A stretch of 61,290 nucleotides of DNA from Myxococcota bacterium. Lineage in GTDB: Bacteria; Myxococcota; JACRCW01. The stretch covers positions 1 to 61,290 of the forward strand of contig JBFMGU010000026.1 of the NCBI GenBank assembly GCA_040752415.1, read 5' to 3'. The position numbers and the translations under genes were made by a program. Below, one piece after another: positions 49,618 to 59,310 of this stretch. The notes below the pieces were generated by a model, which had not been told where the DNA came from, made no database searches, and saw only the letters and a program-made list of their open reading frames with translations. The first letter of the stretch is position 1; the number at the start of each line of letters is the position of its first letter.

Positions 49618-51576
49618 TTGCTGGCGCTTTCCGTCCACCGTCGGGTCCTGCTGCGCTCGCTCTCGTGCGCCGTGGTCGCGTGGTGCGCCCAGCCCGCACG
49701 CGCCGCTGACGACGACGAGCCCGTGCTCCAGGCCGAGGCACCGCCGGTCATCGTGGAGGCGGAGGGGATCGATGCCACGCCGGTACCGGGGGAGACGCGC
49801 GTCGAGTTGAAAGGCCGCTCCGCGCGGATGCTCGACGTGCTGGACGCGGTTCCCGGCGTGCGTGTCATGCGGGCGGGAGGGCAGGGCGGCGCGGCGCAGC
49901 TGTCCATCCGCGGACTGCACGGTCGACGCGTGGCCACGTACCTGGGACCGGTTCGCCTCGATGATCCCGCCACCGGAATCCTGGACCTGTCCGAGCTGCC
50001 CGCTGCCGCGCTCTCGCACGCCACGCTGGCCAAGGGCACCAGCTCGTCGACGGAAGGCGCATTGGGCGGCGTGCTGCAGTTGCGCCCCGCGTATCCCGTG
50101 CAGCCCGTGCTGTCCGCGGGAGTGCAGCTCGGGTCGTGGCGCAGCCTGCAGGCCGACGTCTCCGCGGGCGCGCCCACCACGTGGCGCAAGGCCTCCCTGG
50201 GCATGACCGCGCACGCGCGCATGTCCACCACGTCGGGGAGCTTCGCGTACACGCCGGTGGCGGGGCCCGTGGATGCACCGGTGCTCCTCCCCGAGCGCGT
50301 GCGGCTCAACAATGATCGTCACCGCTTTGGCGTCACGCTGCTGGCCGCGGGCGAGTGGGCTGGCGGTCCGTCCGCAACGGGGGTGCTCGACGTCGTCACA
50401 TTGGAAGGTGGCGTGCCGGGGTACGGGTTGGCGCCGCTGACCGCCAGTCGGGAATCCCAGACGCGCGTCCTGGCCGGTACCGACGTCGACGTTCCGCTGG
50501 GCACGGAGGTGGTGCTCCGGGGGCAGTGGTCGGGACGGGCCTCCGCGTGGCGTTTCCAGGACGTCCGCGCGGCACGCCAGGTGGCCGGTGCGTTGTTGAC
50601 CCGCTCCTTGTCGCAGCGGCTGGAGCTCGTCGTGGCGCCGGTGGCGGGGCTGCAGGTCTCGGCGGGAAGCAGCGCGCAGCTCGACGTCGCCGACAGTCGT
50701 GGGGACGCAGGTTGGTATGATGCATGGCGGCCCATGAGCGGTGTTCATGGCGACGTGCGCGCCCACGCGTGGGATGGGCGGCTGCGCACCCGGGCGGTCG
50801 TCGTCGCGCAGGTGTACACGAGCACCACCGGTGACACGTGGAAGCAGCCGCGCGTGCCGGACCTGGTGCTCCTGCCGGAGCTGAGCGCGGAGCTGGAGCC
50901 GTTGCCCAACCTGGTCATGCACGGGGCCGTGGGGCGCGCGTGGCGCATTCCGTCGCTGGAGGAGCTGCACCGTCCCGCCGACGCGCCGCTCGCCGGCAAC
51001 GCGGACCTCCGTCCCGAGGATGGCGTGGAAGTGCAGGGCGGGATGCGCCTCTTGATGGGGCCGCTCATGGGCTCATTCACCGCCTACGGCGCGCGGATGT
51101 CGAACCTCATCGCCTACGTGAACGTGAACGCGTTTGACGTCCGTCCCTACAACGTTGCCGACGTGTGGCGTGCCGGTGGCGACGTCAACCTGGTCCTCCA
51201 GTTGGGTGACTGGGGTGCGCTCGACGGTGGTGCGGACGTCAATCTCTCGCACGTCACCGCCACCAACGCGCCGCTCCCCGCCGTGCCGCCGTTCGAGATG
51301 CACCTGGGCGCGCTGCTGGGTCCGCCGGCCGCGCGGCTCTTCACCGACGTCGTCGGTCGGGCGCCTTCGCGGGGGAACCTGCACGGAGAGCTGCCCATCC
51401 GCGGTGCCATGCGTCTGGACGTCGGCGCGGTGGTCCACCCTGTGCCCTGGCTGGAGGTGCGCGCCACGGTTCGCAATGTCACCGACGACAAGGCGCTCAC
51501 GGACTGGTGGGGCGTGCCGCAGCCGGGTCGTGAGTTCGGTCTTTCCGTCCGCTGGGACGGGGCGCAGGTGGAGTGA
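49618..51576 (+). CDS. btuB: TonB-dependent receptor, BtuB-like
   Basis: Plug DVLDAVPGV..SIRG..DLSELP..GALGGV; WRIPSLEEL..GNADLRPE; RNVTD..PQPGREF. TTG start is uncertain and lies behind a GAGGGAGG RBS. Confidence 0.8.
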   Translation: MLALSVHRRVLLRSLSCAVVAWCAQPARAADDDEPVLQAEAPPVIVEAEGIDATPVPGETRVELKGRSARMLDVLDAVPGVRVMRAGGQGGAAQLSIRGLHGRRVATYLGPVRLDDPATGILDLSELPAAALSHATLAKGTSSSTEGALGGVLQLRPAYPVQPVLSAGVQLGSWRSLQADVSAGAPTTWRKASLGMTAHARMSTTSGSFAYTPVAGPVDAPVLLPERVRLNNDRHRFGVTLLAAGEWAGGPSATGVLDVVTLEGGVPGYGLAPLTASRESQTRVLAGTDVDVPLGTEVVLRGQWSGRASAWRFQDVRAARQVAGALLTRSLSQRLELVVAPVAGLQVSAGSSAQLDVADSRGDAGWYDAWRPMSGVHGDVRAHAWDGRLRTRAVVVAQVYTSTTGDTWKQPRVPDLVLLPELSAELEPLPNLVMHGAVGRAWRIPSLEELHRPADAPLAGNADLRPEDGVEVQGGMRLLMGPLMGSFTAYGARMSNLIAYVNVNAFDVRPYNVADVWRAGGDVNLVLQLGDWGALDGGADVNLSHVTATNAPLPAVPPFEMHLGALLGPPAARLFTDVVGRAPSRGNLHGELPIRGAMRLDVGAVVHPVPWLEVRATVRNVTDDKALTDWWGVPQPGREFGLSVRWDGAQVE

Positions 51577-53156
51577 GCATGGTGCGAGCACATCCGTGGT
51601 GGATGATGGCGGTCCTGGCGTCGTGCACGCCGTTGCCGCAGGACACCGAGCCGCCTGCGCCGCCGCTGCTGCCGCGCACACTGGTGGCCTACGAGAAGAT
51701 GGCGCTGTTCCTGGAGGCGCCGGGTCAGGCGCGCCTGCGCGGATTCACGGGTGCCGCGCCGGAGGGCGGTGTCGTCGAGGTGCGGGAGGGAAACACCACG
51801 CTGGCGCAGGTGACCGCCGACGCAGCGGGCCGGTTCGATGTGCGTTTCGGCGCGGAGAAGGACCGGGAGGTGGAGCTGCACGCACGCGTGGGCACCGAGG
51901 ACGCGACGCCGTTGCGCTTCAAGGTGCGCGATTTTTCGGAGGCCGCGTCGTCGATGGTGCGGGAGCGCCTGAGCGGCACGGGCTCCACGCCCAACCAGGT
52001 CCTGTTCGCCCGCGACGCGTCCCCCACCGGCCGCACCACCGGGCTGGTGGTCCTCAGCGGCGACGGCGCGCTCGACAACGTCGACGCCGACGAGGGCGGC
52101 CGGGTGAGTCCCCTGGTTCCCCTCCCGGAGATGGCCTTTGGCGGTGCCGTGGTCCCCGCCACGCCGTGGGCCGCCGACGCGCTCGGCGAAAACGCCTGGG
52201 TCACCCGCTACGCACATGCCGGCATCACCACGGTGAACGTCCCCGGCGGCACCATCCTGGGTGAGGGGAACATCACCACGCCCCAGGCGCTGGGGGAGAT
52301 CCTCACGTTGGATCCCCCGGTCGACGTCGACGGTGATGGCGTGGAGGACCAGCAGGTGACCGCGCTGGTGCCGCGCAATCCCACGGGCATCGCGGTGGTG
52401 GGCTCGCGTGCGTTCGTGGCCATGGCCAACGTGCTCTCCACCAGCGCCAGCGGCCGCGCGCAGTTTGGACCGGGCATGCTCGCGGTGTTCGAGCTCGACG
52501 GGCGTGGCATCCCCACCGGCGCCACGCGGGTGATCAACCTGGCCTTCCGAAATCCACAGCACGTCATCCCGCTCGACAACGGCACCGTGGCGGTGTCCTC
52601 GACGGGCTCGCTCCAGCGGGTCAATGGCACGTGGCAGGTGGATTCCGACGGTGGTGTCGAGATCTTCGACGTGTCTTCGCTGCAGAAGCTCCAGGAGATC
52701 AACCTGGGCCGCTTCGCGCCGAGCCGTCCCCTGCTCCTTGCCGACGGAAAGAGCCTCTACGTCCCAAGCATCCTGCGCGCCCGGCTGGCCCGTCTCGACG
52801 TGGAAAACGGTCAGCTCATCCGCGGGCCTGGCAACCCGGTGGAGCTGGCGGAGGGCGAGCTGCTGCGCACCGTGTTCGAGTGCGTGCTCCACCCCACCGC
52901 GCTGGTCTTCTGTGGCCTGTTTGACACCGACAGCATCGTCGTCGTCGACAGCGCGGATGACACCGTGCGTCCCTGGCCGTTCACCTCGGACATCCGCGTG
53001 AACACCGGCGACTCCGCGGTGCGGCTGGGCATCCAGTCCCTGGCCATGCGCCCCGGTCGCAACGGCGTGGACCGCGCGGGCAACGACATCCTGGTCCTCC
53101 TCTCCCTCGCCACCCGCGTCTCCGCGTTGGATACGCGCTTCGTCCTGGGGCCGTGA
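51573..53156 (+). CDS. Lipoprotein: Ig-like domain + beta-propeller (YncE/BtuG-like)
   Basis: Lipobox LASC; repeated propeller-blade segments (TPNQV, NPTGIAV, NPQHVI); DVDGDG loop; in the B12 operon. Confidence 0.7.
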   Translation: MSMVRAHPWWMMAVLASCTPLPQDTEPPAPPLLPRTLVAYEKMALFLEAPGQARLRGFTGAAPEGGVVEVREGNTTLAQVTADAAGRFDVRFGAEKDREVELHARVGTEDATPLRFKVRDFSEAASSMVRERLSGTGSTPNQVLFARDASPTGRTTGLVVLSGDGALDNVDADEGGRVSPLVPLPEMAFGGAVVPATPWAADALGENAWVTRYAHAGITTVNVPGGTILGEGNITTPQALGEILTLDPPVDVDGDGVEDQQVTALVPRNPTGIAVVGSRAFVAMANVLSTSASGRAQFGPGMLAVFELDGRGIPTGATRVINLAFRNPQHVIPLDNGTVAVSSTGSLQRVNGTWQVDSDGGVEIFDVSSLQKLQEINLGRFAPSRPLLLADGKSLYVPSILRARLARLDVENGQLIRGPGNPVELAEGELLRTVFECVLHPTALVFCGLFDTDSIVVVDSADDTVRPWPFTSDIRVNTGDSAVRLGIQSLAMRPGRNGVDRAGNDILVLLSLATRVSALDTRFVLGP

Positions 53157-53157
53157 C

Positions 53158-53826
53158 ATGCGCGCCGGGATTCTCCTCACCACGCTGCTGTTCGCCTGCG
53201 GTCCGCAGCCGGAGACGGGCACCACGCCGGAAGACGCCGGATCCTCGTCGAGAGACGCGGGTGCCCAGGGACCGTACGTCGTGGAGGTGGTGGAGGTGCA
53301 TTACGGGGAGGGCGCGGGATTCGGCCAGTCGCGCATGCCCAACGTGGTGCTGGGACCGCCGCAAGGTGGAGGGGAGTACCGCGGCAGTCTCGACGTGGTC
53401 TCGCTGGGCGTGGGCGGCAGCATCACGGTGCGGCTCGGCAGCGACGTCGTCGACGGCGACGGCGCGGACTTCGTCGTCTTCGAGAACGCGTTCCGCGTGA
53501 CGGGCTCCCAGGACTTCTACCGTGAGCCCGGCGAGGTGGCGGTCAGTGAGGACGGCGTCACCTTCACCACGTTCCCCTGCGACGTCACCGCGCCGTATCC
53601 CGGCTGCGCGGGCGTGAATCCCGTCTACGCGCCCGGTCCCGACGGAGGCATCTCTCCCGTCGACGTCGCCCAAGCCGGCGGCGACGCGTTCGATCTCTCT
53701 TCCATCAACATCTCCCGGGCCCGGTTCGTGCGGATCACCGACCGTTCCACGGATCCGGGCACATCCAACCAGGCTGGCTTCGATCTTGACGCCGTGGCGG
53801 TGATTCACGTCGCCACGGAACCTTGA
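53158..53826 (+). CDS. Cell-surface lipoprotein resembling BtuH/LIC13355-type domains
   Basis: Lipobox LFAC; VLGPP.GGG..VSLG.GGSI..DG.GADFVVFENAF, GGDAFDL, GFDLDAV. Confidence 0.72.
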   Translation: MRAGILLTTLLFACGPQPETGTTPEDAGSSSRDAGAQGPYVVEVVEVHYGEGAGFGQSRMPNVVLGPPQGGGEYRGSLDVVSLGVGGSITVRLGSDVVDGDGADFVVFENAFRVTGSQDFYREPGEVAVSEDGVTFTTFPCDVTAPYPGCAGVNPVYAPGPDGGISPVDVAQAGGDAFDLSSINISRARFVRITDRSTDPGTSNQAGFDLDAVAVIHVATEP

Positions 53827-53838
53827 GGAAAACACACC

Positions 53839-55485
53839 ATGCGCTCTCGTTTCACCCTTTTGGCAGGCTTTGCACTCGTCGTGGGCTGCACGCCCGGCGG
53901 CTCCAGCACCTCTTCTTCCTCCTCCAGCAGCAGTGGCGGCGCTTCCGCGTCGTCATCGTCCAGCGGCGGGGCCGGTTCTTCGTCCTCGAGCGGAGCGTCT
54001 TCCTCGAGCAGCGGGCAGACCACGTCGTCGGGTGGCGCGGACGCGGGCATCCCTGACGCGGGCTGCACCTGCCCCGACGCGGGCAGCGAGGAGATCTGCG
54101 CCTCCAACGGCTCGCGTTATCCCAGCGCGTGCTTCGCTGCGTGCGCCGGAGCCACCGTGGTCCCCTGCTACGAGGCCAACCCCGACGCTGGCACGTGCGG
54201 CGCGGAGCCCCTTGTTCCCGGCTCGGACACGCAGTCCCTCACGCTCACCACCATCCACGGCTCGGCCAATCCGCTCTCGCCGGTGGCGGAGGAGAAGGGT
54301 GGTGAGGCGCGGCCAGTGAACCTGCAGCGCGCGGGGTTGAGCGAGAATGAGGACCACGTGGCATTGCTGCAGGTGACGGAGAGTGGCGTGAAGCTGGTGG
54401 CGCTGGACGCGGTCGACGCCGCGCTGGGCACGCTCCCCGTCGAGCTTGCCGATCACGTCTACGCGCTGGGGACGGCGCCGTTGTTCGGTCCGCTGGTGCC
54501 TGCGCTCGTGGTGATTCCGCCCGGGAGCCCGGCGTTGTCCTCGTCGCTCGGTGAGATCGACGCGGTGGCGGTGGTGAACACCGGCGCGGATCTCAACCCT
54601 GACAAGCTGCACGTGGTGAAGCTGGTCGAGGAGCCGGTGGCCACCCCGCCGGTGGCGGCCGCGCCGCTCGTCGCCAGCGACTCCATCCCCGGCTTCCCCT
54701 CGCCCAACGTGGCGCTCGTGGACGGACGCTACCTGCATGTGCGTGAGGACGGGACGCAGTCGGTGTTGGCGTATGACCTGATGGACCTGCCGCAGGGTGG
54801 CGTGTACCCGCGCGTGTCGTCGAGGGAGTTCAGCGCCAGCACCGCGGGCCTGTCCAACGGCTTCCTCAACGCGCTCACCCGTGAGGCCAACCCCGTCACC
54901 GGAGAGCTTGCGGTCACGTATTCCGACTTCACCGGCGCGGCCGGCGTGTTCGTGTTCAACCCGGAGAACGGCGCGTTCAGCCACGCCCGTCTGCCGCGTC
55001 CCGGTGAGGGCCTCTCGCTCGACCTGCCCGCGGTGGCATGGAGCAACAACGGCACGCGCCTGCTGGTGGCGTGGGACGCGTACGACGGCAACTTCACCAA
55101 GGTGCAATCCCGCCTGGTGGCCTTCGACACCGTCGAGGGGGCGGATCCCTCGCTGGTGGATGCGTTCCCGGACACCGCGGACGTCGTGGACCCGGTCCTC
55201 GCGGTCGACCTGCCCGAGGTGCACCCCACCAACATCCTCGTGCTTCCCTCCAGCACCGACGACGTGGAGGACGTGGTGGTGGTGCAATCTCCCTACGGCG
55301 CTCCCGCCACCCGCCTGGACCTGCTGCGCATCACCGGCTGCGCTGCGTACCGCATGAGCGGCGTGGGCCTGGGCAGCTTCAGCGCGGACCTCCCCAGCCT
55401 GGAGCTGCTCTCCGCGGGCCAGCGCGACCTGCTCGTCGTGGGAACGGCGTCCGGAATCCAGATCTACGAGATCAACGGGCTGTGA
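53839..55485 (+). CDS. Lipoprotein with Ser/Gly linker, Kazal-type module and beta-rich C-terminal domain
   Basis: Lipobox VVGC; poly-Ser linker; C.C..ICASNGSRYPSACFAACAG..C matches the Kazal pattern. Confidence 0.75.
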   Translation: MRSRFTLLAGFALVVGCTPGGSSTSSSSSSSSGGASASSSSSGGAGSSSSSGASSSSSGQTTSSGGADAGIPDAGCTCPDAGSEEICASNGSRYPSACFAACAGATVVPCYEANPDAGTCGAEPLVPGSDTQSLTLTTIHGSANPLSPVAEEKGGEARPVNLQRAGLSENEDHVALLQVTESGVKLVALDAVDAALGTLPVELADHVYALGTAPLFGPLVPALVVIPPGSPALSSSLGEIDAVAVVNTGADLNPDKLHVVKLVEEPVATPPVAAAPLVASDSIPGFPSPNVALVDGRYLHVREDGTQSVLAYDLMDLPQGGVYPRVSSREFSASTAGLSNGFLNALTREANPVTGELAVTYSDFTGAAGVFVFNPENGAFSHARLPRPGEGLSLDLPAVAWSNNGTRLLVAWDAYDGNFTKVQSRLVAFDTVEGADPSLVDAFPDTADVVDPVLAVDLPEVHPTNILVLPSSTDDVEDVVVVQSPYGAPATRLDLLRITGCAAYRMSGVGLGSFSADLPSLELLSAGQRDLLVVGTASGIQIYEINGL

Positions 55486-55488
55486 CGC

Positions 55489-56568
55489 TCAGGAGTCCTT
55501 GCGCAGCACCATGTCCCCGCCCAGCGTCCCCACCACGACCAGCGCGGCGAGCGGCAGCAACAGCACACCGAGCGAAACCACGCCCGTCCCACCAAAGCTG
55601 AGCGGATGGACGAGCGGGCTGCCCACGGAGATCATCCGCTGCCCGCCGGTGGGGCCCAGCAGCGCCACGGCCCACACGAACGTGTAGACGCCGCCGCCGC
55701 CCGCGAGCAGCCCCGCACCGACGAGCGCAATGGCCACCGCCAGCGCGGTCCCGACGCCACCCACCGCCAGCAGAGGCCACTTCACCAGCATGGGCAACCC
55801 GCCGCTCCCCGAGGCGCCCGCCGCGGTGGTCGTGGCGGTTTCCGTCGGGGCCGGCGCGGGAGCAGGCGCGGGGGCTTGCGCCACCTCCACCGGCGCGGGG
55901 ACCGGGGCCAGCGTCACCTGCAGCTCCGTGGTCTTCCCCGGCTCCAGCGTGACGTCGACGTTGTGCGCCACGTGGCCATCCAGCGTCACGCTGAGCGGGT
56001 GGGTGCCCCCGGGCAGGTCCTCCAGCTTGAGCGGCGTCTGTCCTCGTGCCACGCCCGCCAGCGTCACCGCCGCTCCGGCAGGCTCCGACGTCAACACCAG
56101 TCCCGCGGGCTTGGTGGGACCCAGCTGCTCGCGCAGCGCCTTGACGGCGTTGGTCACCAGGCTCGGGCCCGGCGCGCCCAGGTCCACGGACTTGAAGCCC
56201 TTGCCCTTCTTCCGGTGCAGCACGGACATCGTGATCGCGGAGCCCGTTCCCTTGACCGCGGTGAGCACCACCACGCTGTCCACCCGCAGCCCGTCCTGCA
56301 TCTTCTTGAGGCACCCCGCGTCGATCTTGCGGCACCCGATGGCCAGCACCAGCTCGTCAACGGACATGGGCGGCGGGTCACGCCAGCGGAAGTTCCGGCT
56401 GACATCCACCTCGCGGCGCAGTGCCTGGGAGAGCGCGGCGGCGGAATCGGCGGGGATGGTGGCGTTGTCCACCAGCACCACCACCGAGGAAGGCTCCTCC
56501 GCGCCGGCATTCGCCTTGGCGGGCGGGGCACCGGAGACCAGCAGCACCACGGTCAGCAACGCGTGCAT
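55489..56568 (-). CDS. PEGA-domain membrane protein
   Basis: LTSEPAGAAVTLAG..GQTPL..LPGGTHPLSVTLDGH; signal peptide; C-terminal TM segments. Confidence 0.85.
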   Translation of the reverse strand: MHALLTVVLLVSGAPPAKANAGAEEPSSVVVLVDNATIPADSAAALSQALRREVDVSRNFRWRDPPPMSVDELVLAIGCRKIDAGCLKKMQDGLRVDSVVVLTAVKGTGSAITMSVLHRKKGKGFKSVDLGAPGPSLVTNAVKALREQLGPTKPAGLVLTSEPAGAAVTLAGVARGQTPLKLEDLPGGTHPLSVTLDGHVAHNVDVTLEPGKTTELQVTLAPVPAPVEVAQAPAPAPAPAPTETATTTAAGASGSGGLPMLVKWPLLAVGGVGTALAVAIALVGAGLLAGGGGVYTFVWAVALLGPTGGQRMISVGSPLVHPLSFGGTGVVSLGVLLLPLAALVVVGTLGGDMVLRKDS

Positions 56569-56686
56569 TCCCCCGCATCAACGCGGCTGCGCGACGTCAT
56601 GTCAAGTTGTGGGCCGGATTGGACGCTGTGGTGGTGCGTCCCACTTTGTCGCCCCCGCGCGGGTGACGACGGAAAAAGCGGCTGTC

Positions 56687-57871
56687 TCAGCTGGCGGACG
56701 GCGCGCTGGCGTCCTCGGCCTTGCCACCGGCGGAGACCGCGGAGAGCCGGTCCATGTGCGCCTGGGTCAGCTTCTTGGCCTCGGGGAAGAGCCGGTCATG
56801 CTCCTCCACCGCGCGCGCCACCGCGTCATTGATGCGCACGTTGACGTGCAGGCGCGCCACCCGCAGCGCGTGACCCAGGGCCACCGCGTCGCTGCCGCCG
56901 TGCGCGACGATGGACACGCCCTTCACGCCAAGCATGGGCGCGCCGCCGATGTTGCGGTAGTCCGCGGCCTTGCGGATGCGTTGGAAGACGTTGGCCACCA
57001 GCAGGTACTGCATCTTGGTGAGCAGACTCTGCCGGAAGTGGTTCTCCAGCCCCTCCTTCACCGCGCGGCCCACGCCCTCAATGGTCTTGAGCACCACGTT
57101 GCCCGTGAATCCGTCGGTGACCACCACGTCCACGCCGCCGGTGGTGACGTCGCGACCCTCGCAGTAGCCCATGTAGTTCAGGCCGTGGCGCACGCTCTTG
57201 AGCGCTTCATTGGCGGCGCGGGTGGCGTCGGTGCCCTTGGAGTCTTCTTCCCCGTTGGAGAGAATGCCCACGCGCGGGTTGGGCATGCCGCGGACCACGC
57301 GCGCGTAGACGTCGCCCAGGAAGGCCCACTGCACCAGGTGCCCGGGGGCCACCACGGTGTTGGCGCCGGAGTCCAGCAGCACGGTGTGGCCGCCCACCTT
57401 CTCGTTCGGCCGCGGAATCAGCGACGCAATGGCCGGGCGCAGCACGCCGCGGATGCGTCCCAGCACCAGCAGCGCCAGGCCCAGCGAGACGCCGCTGTTG
57501 CCCGCGCTCACCACGCCCGCGGCCTCCCCGGCCTTCACCAGGTCGTAGGCCACGCGCATGGAGCTGTCCTTCTTCTTGCGGATGGCCTCGGAGGGTTTGT
57601 CCTCCATGGTGGCCACCTCGGACGCGTGCTGGATGCGGATGGTCTGGCCCAGCAGGCTGCTCCCGCCCTGCTTGCGCAGCTCCTCCTTCAGCACGTCCTC
57701 CTGGCCCACCATGATGACGTGGACACCGTGCTTGCGGACGCCCTCCAGCGCGCCGGCCACCGCCATGGCGGGACCGTGATCCAGGCCCATGGCGTCGTAG
57801 GCAATCCATGGCGATTCCGGGGAAGCACCATTCCCCGTGGGCTGCTCCGTCTGTGCCCCGCCTTGGACCAT
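56687..57871 (-). CDS. plsX: Phosphate acyltransferase PlsX
   Basis: DAMGLDHGP, SAGNSG, LDSGAN, GEEDSKG, VTDGFTGN, AHGGS. Confidence 0.95.
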   Translation of the reverse strand: MVQGGAQTEQPTGNGASPESPWIAYDAMGLDHGPAMAVAGALEGVRKHGVHVIMVGQEDVLKEELRKQGGSSLLGQTIRIQHASEVATMEDKPSEAIRKKKDSSMRVAYDLVKAGEAAGVVSAGNSGVSLGLALLVLGRIRGVLRPAIASLIPRPNEKVGGHTVLLDSGANTVVAPGHLVQWAFLGDVYARVVRGMPNPRVGILSNGEEDSKGTDATRAANEALKSVRHGLNYMGYCEGRDVTTGGVDVVVTDGFTGNVVLKTIEGVGRAVKEGLENHFRQSLLTKMQYLLVANVFQRIRKAADYRNIGGAPMLGVKGVSIVAHGGSDAVALGHALRVARLHVNVRINDAVARAVEEHDRLFPEAKKLTQAHMDRLSAVSAGGKAEDASAPSAS

Positions 57872-58080
57872 GGCTACGCGGACCTTTCTGCCACTTCAGC
57901 GACCGTTCCCGGCAGGCTGCGCTGCACCAGCCCGCGGGACCACCCGGATTCCGGGTGCACGCCCAGCCTGACCGCCCGCGCCCGGAAGGTGACCGGGGCG
58001 GGCAGCCTGATGCTGACAACCCCCCGCTGGCAAGCACGACGTGGAAGCGTCGCGCCCGTCAGACCGGGGTGCGCGACCTC

Positions 58081-58275
58081 TCACTCCTCCTTGGGCGCCG
58101 CCTGCTGCAGGACCGCACGACCCTTGTAGAAGCCGCAGCTGTTGCAGATCCGGTGCGGGAGCGCCGGCTCATTGCAGTTGGGGCAATTGATGTAGGACGG
58201 CGCGGTGTACTGCATGTTGTTGCTGCGCCGGTGGTTGGTCCGGCTGCGGCTCTTTCTTCCGTAAGGGGCACCCAT
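58081..58275 (-). CDS. rpmF: 50S ribosomal protein L32 (zinc-binding form)
   Basis: CPNC..PHRIC..CGFYKGR; sits between yceD and plsX. Confidence 0.93.
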   Translation of the reverse strand: MGAPYGRKSRSRTNHRRSNNMQYTAPSYINCPNCNEPALPHRICNSCGFYKGRAVLQQAAPKEE

Positions 58276-58343
58276 GGGGACTCCGTTCTCAAGCAACCGC
58301 CGAAAGGCGGGAAATCAACAAGCGTGACGCGGGCATCCGCCCG

Positions 58344-59003
58344 TCATTGGATCTTGAACTTGGCCAGGACGGCCAGGCGGGGATCTCCCCCGGATGGCGG
58401 GCAGGCGCAAGGGCCGGCGTTGAGGTCCGCGCCGCAGCTCTGGCAGAGGCCCTTGCAGTCCTCCCGGCACAGCGGCGTCATGGGCAGCTCCAGCAGCGTG
58501 TGCTCGCGCAGGATGGCCGCCACGTCCACCGTGCCCTGCTCGTAGGTGCCGGTGTCCACGTCGTCGGTGAGCTCCTCACCCACGAACTCCACCACCTCTT
58601 CCTTGGGCTTGCGCCGCTTGCCCTTGCCGCGCCGTCCACCCCGAGCGGCCGCGGCCTCCTCGTCCTCGTTCTTCTCCGGCTCCGGCGCGCTGGCGGGGAA
58701 CAGCGTCATGCCCAGCTGCAGCGCCACGTGGACGGAGGCGGGCTTGAGGCAGCGGCTGCACGGCGTGCTGAGGTGCGCGTCGGCGCTGCCCAACAGGCGC
58801 AGGCCCTGCGGCACCTTGTGCCCGGCCAGCTTCACGCGCATGGGCGTGAGCGCCTCCAGGTCCTGGGGGCCGCCGTCCTGCAGCAGGGCCGTGAGCTGCT
58901 CCCGGGCAATGACGTCGTGGAACTCCCAACCCTCATGGGTCAGGGCATCCACGTCGATCATGAGGCGGGAGTCTTTTGCTGCCATCATCTTCACAACAAC
59001 CAC
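58344..59003 (-). CDS. yceD: YceD/DUF177 family protein
   Basis: CSRCL, LELPMTPLCREDCKGLCQSCGADLN..C.C..DPRLAVL; GTG 59003 has a GGAGG RBS. Confidence 0.92.
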   Translation of the reverse strand: MVVVKMMAAKDSRLMIDVDALTHEGWEFHDVIAREQLTALLQDGGPQDLEALTPMRVKLAGHKVPQGLRLLGSADAHLSTPCSRCLKPASVHVALQLGMTLFPASAPEPEKNEDEEAAAARGGRRGKGKRRKPKEEVVEFVGEELTDDVDTGTYEQGTVDVAAILREHTLLELPMTPLCREDCKGLCQSCGADLNAGPCACPPSGGDPRLAVLAKFKIQ

Positions 59004-59065
59004 GGGCGCTTCCTCCAAGGTCGGACCAGGGTCCGCAAGGGGGGCGCCGGAAAAAAAGTCGGCGG

Positions 59066-59093
59066 AATATAGGCGGATGTCGCGCCAAGTCAA
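59066..59093 (-). promoter_or_regulatory. sigma70 promoter of yceD-rpmF-plsX
   Basis: TTGACT-N16-TATATT followed by a GC-rich discriminator CCGCCG. Confidence 0.6.
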
Positions 59094-59310
59094 CGCGCGG
59101 CCGCGCCCAAGCCCGCCCGGCGCCTCCTGACGACGGGAGAACAGCCTCATCTATCGCAGCCACGCCATCCCGGCAGCCGCCGGTTTGCTCTCGGCCACGG
59201 CCGGGGCGCTGCTTGTTTGGCACCACGGCGCTCCGTTACGGTGCGCGGTCCTGAACGCCCAGGGCCGGGGTGACGGGGCGGGTCCCCCTCGGACGGGCAA
59301 GGAGTCACGG

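Noticed and set aside
58297..58310. CCGCC-GAAA-GGCGG hairpin between yceD and rpmF as an autoregulatory leader
   Set aside because: A 5-bp stem alone is too weak to support a call.
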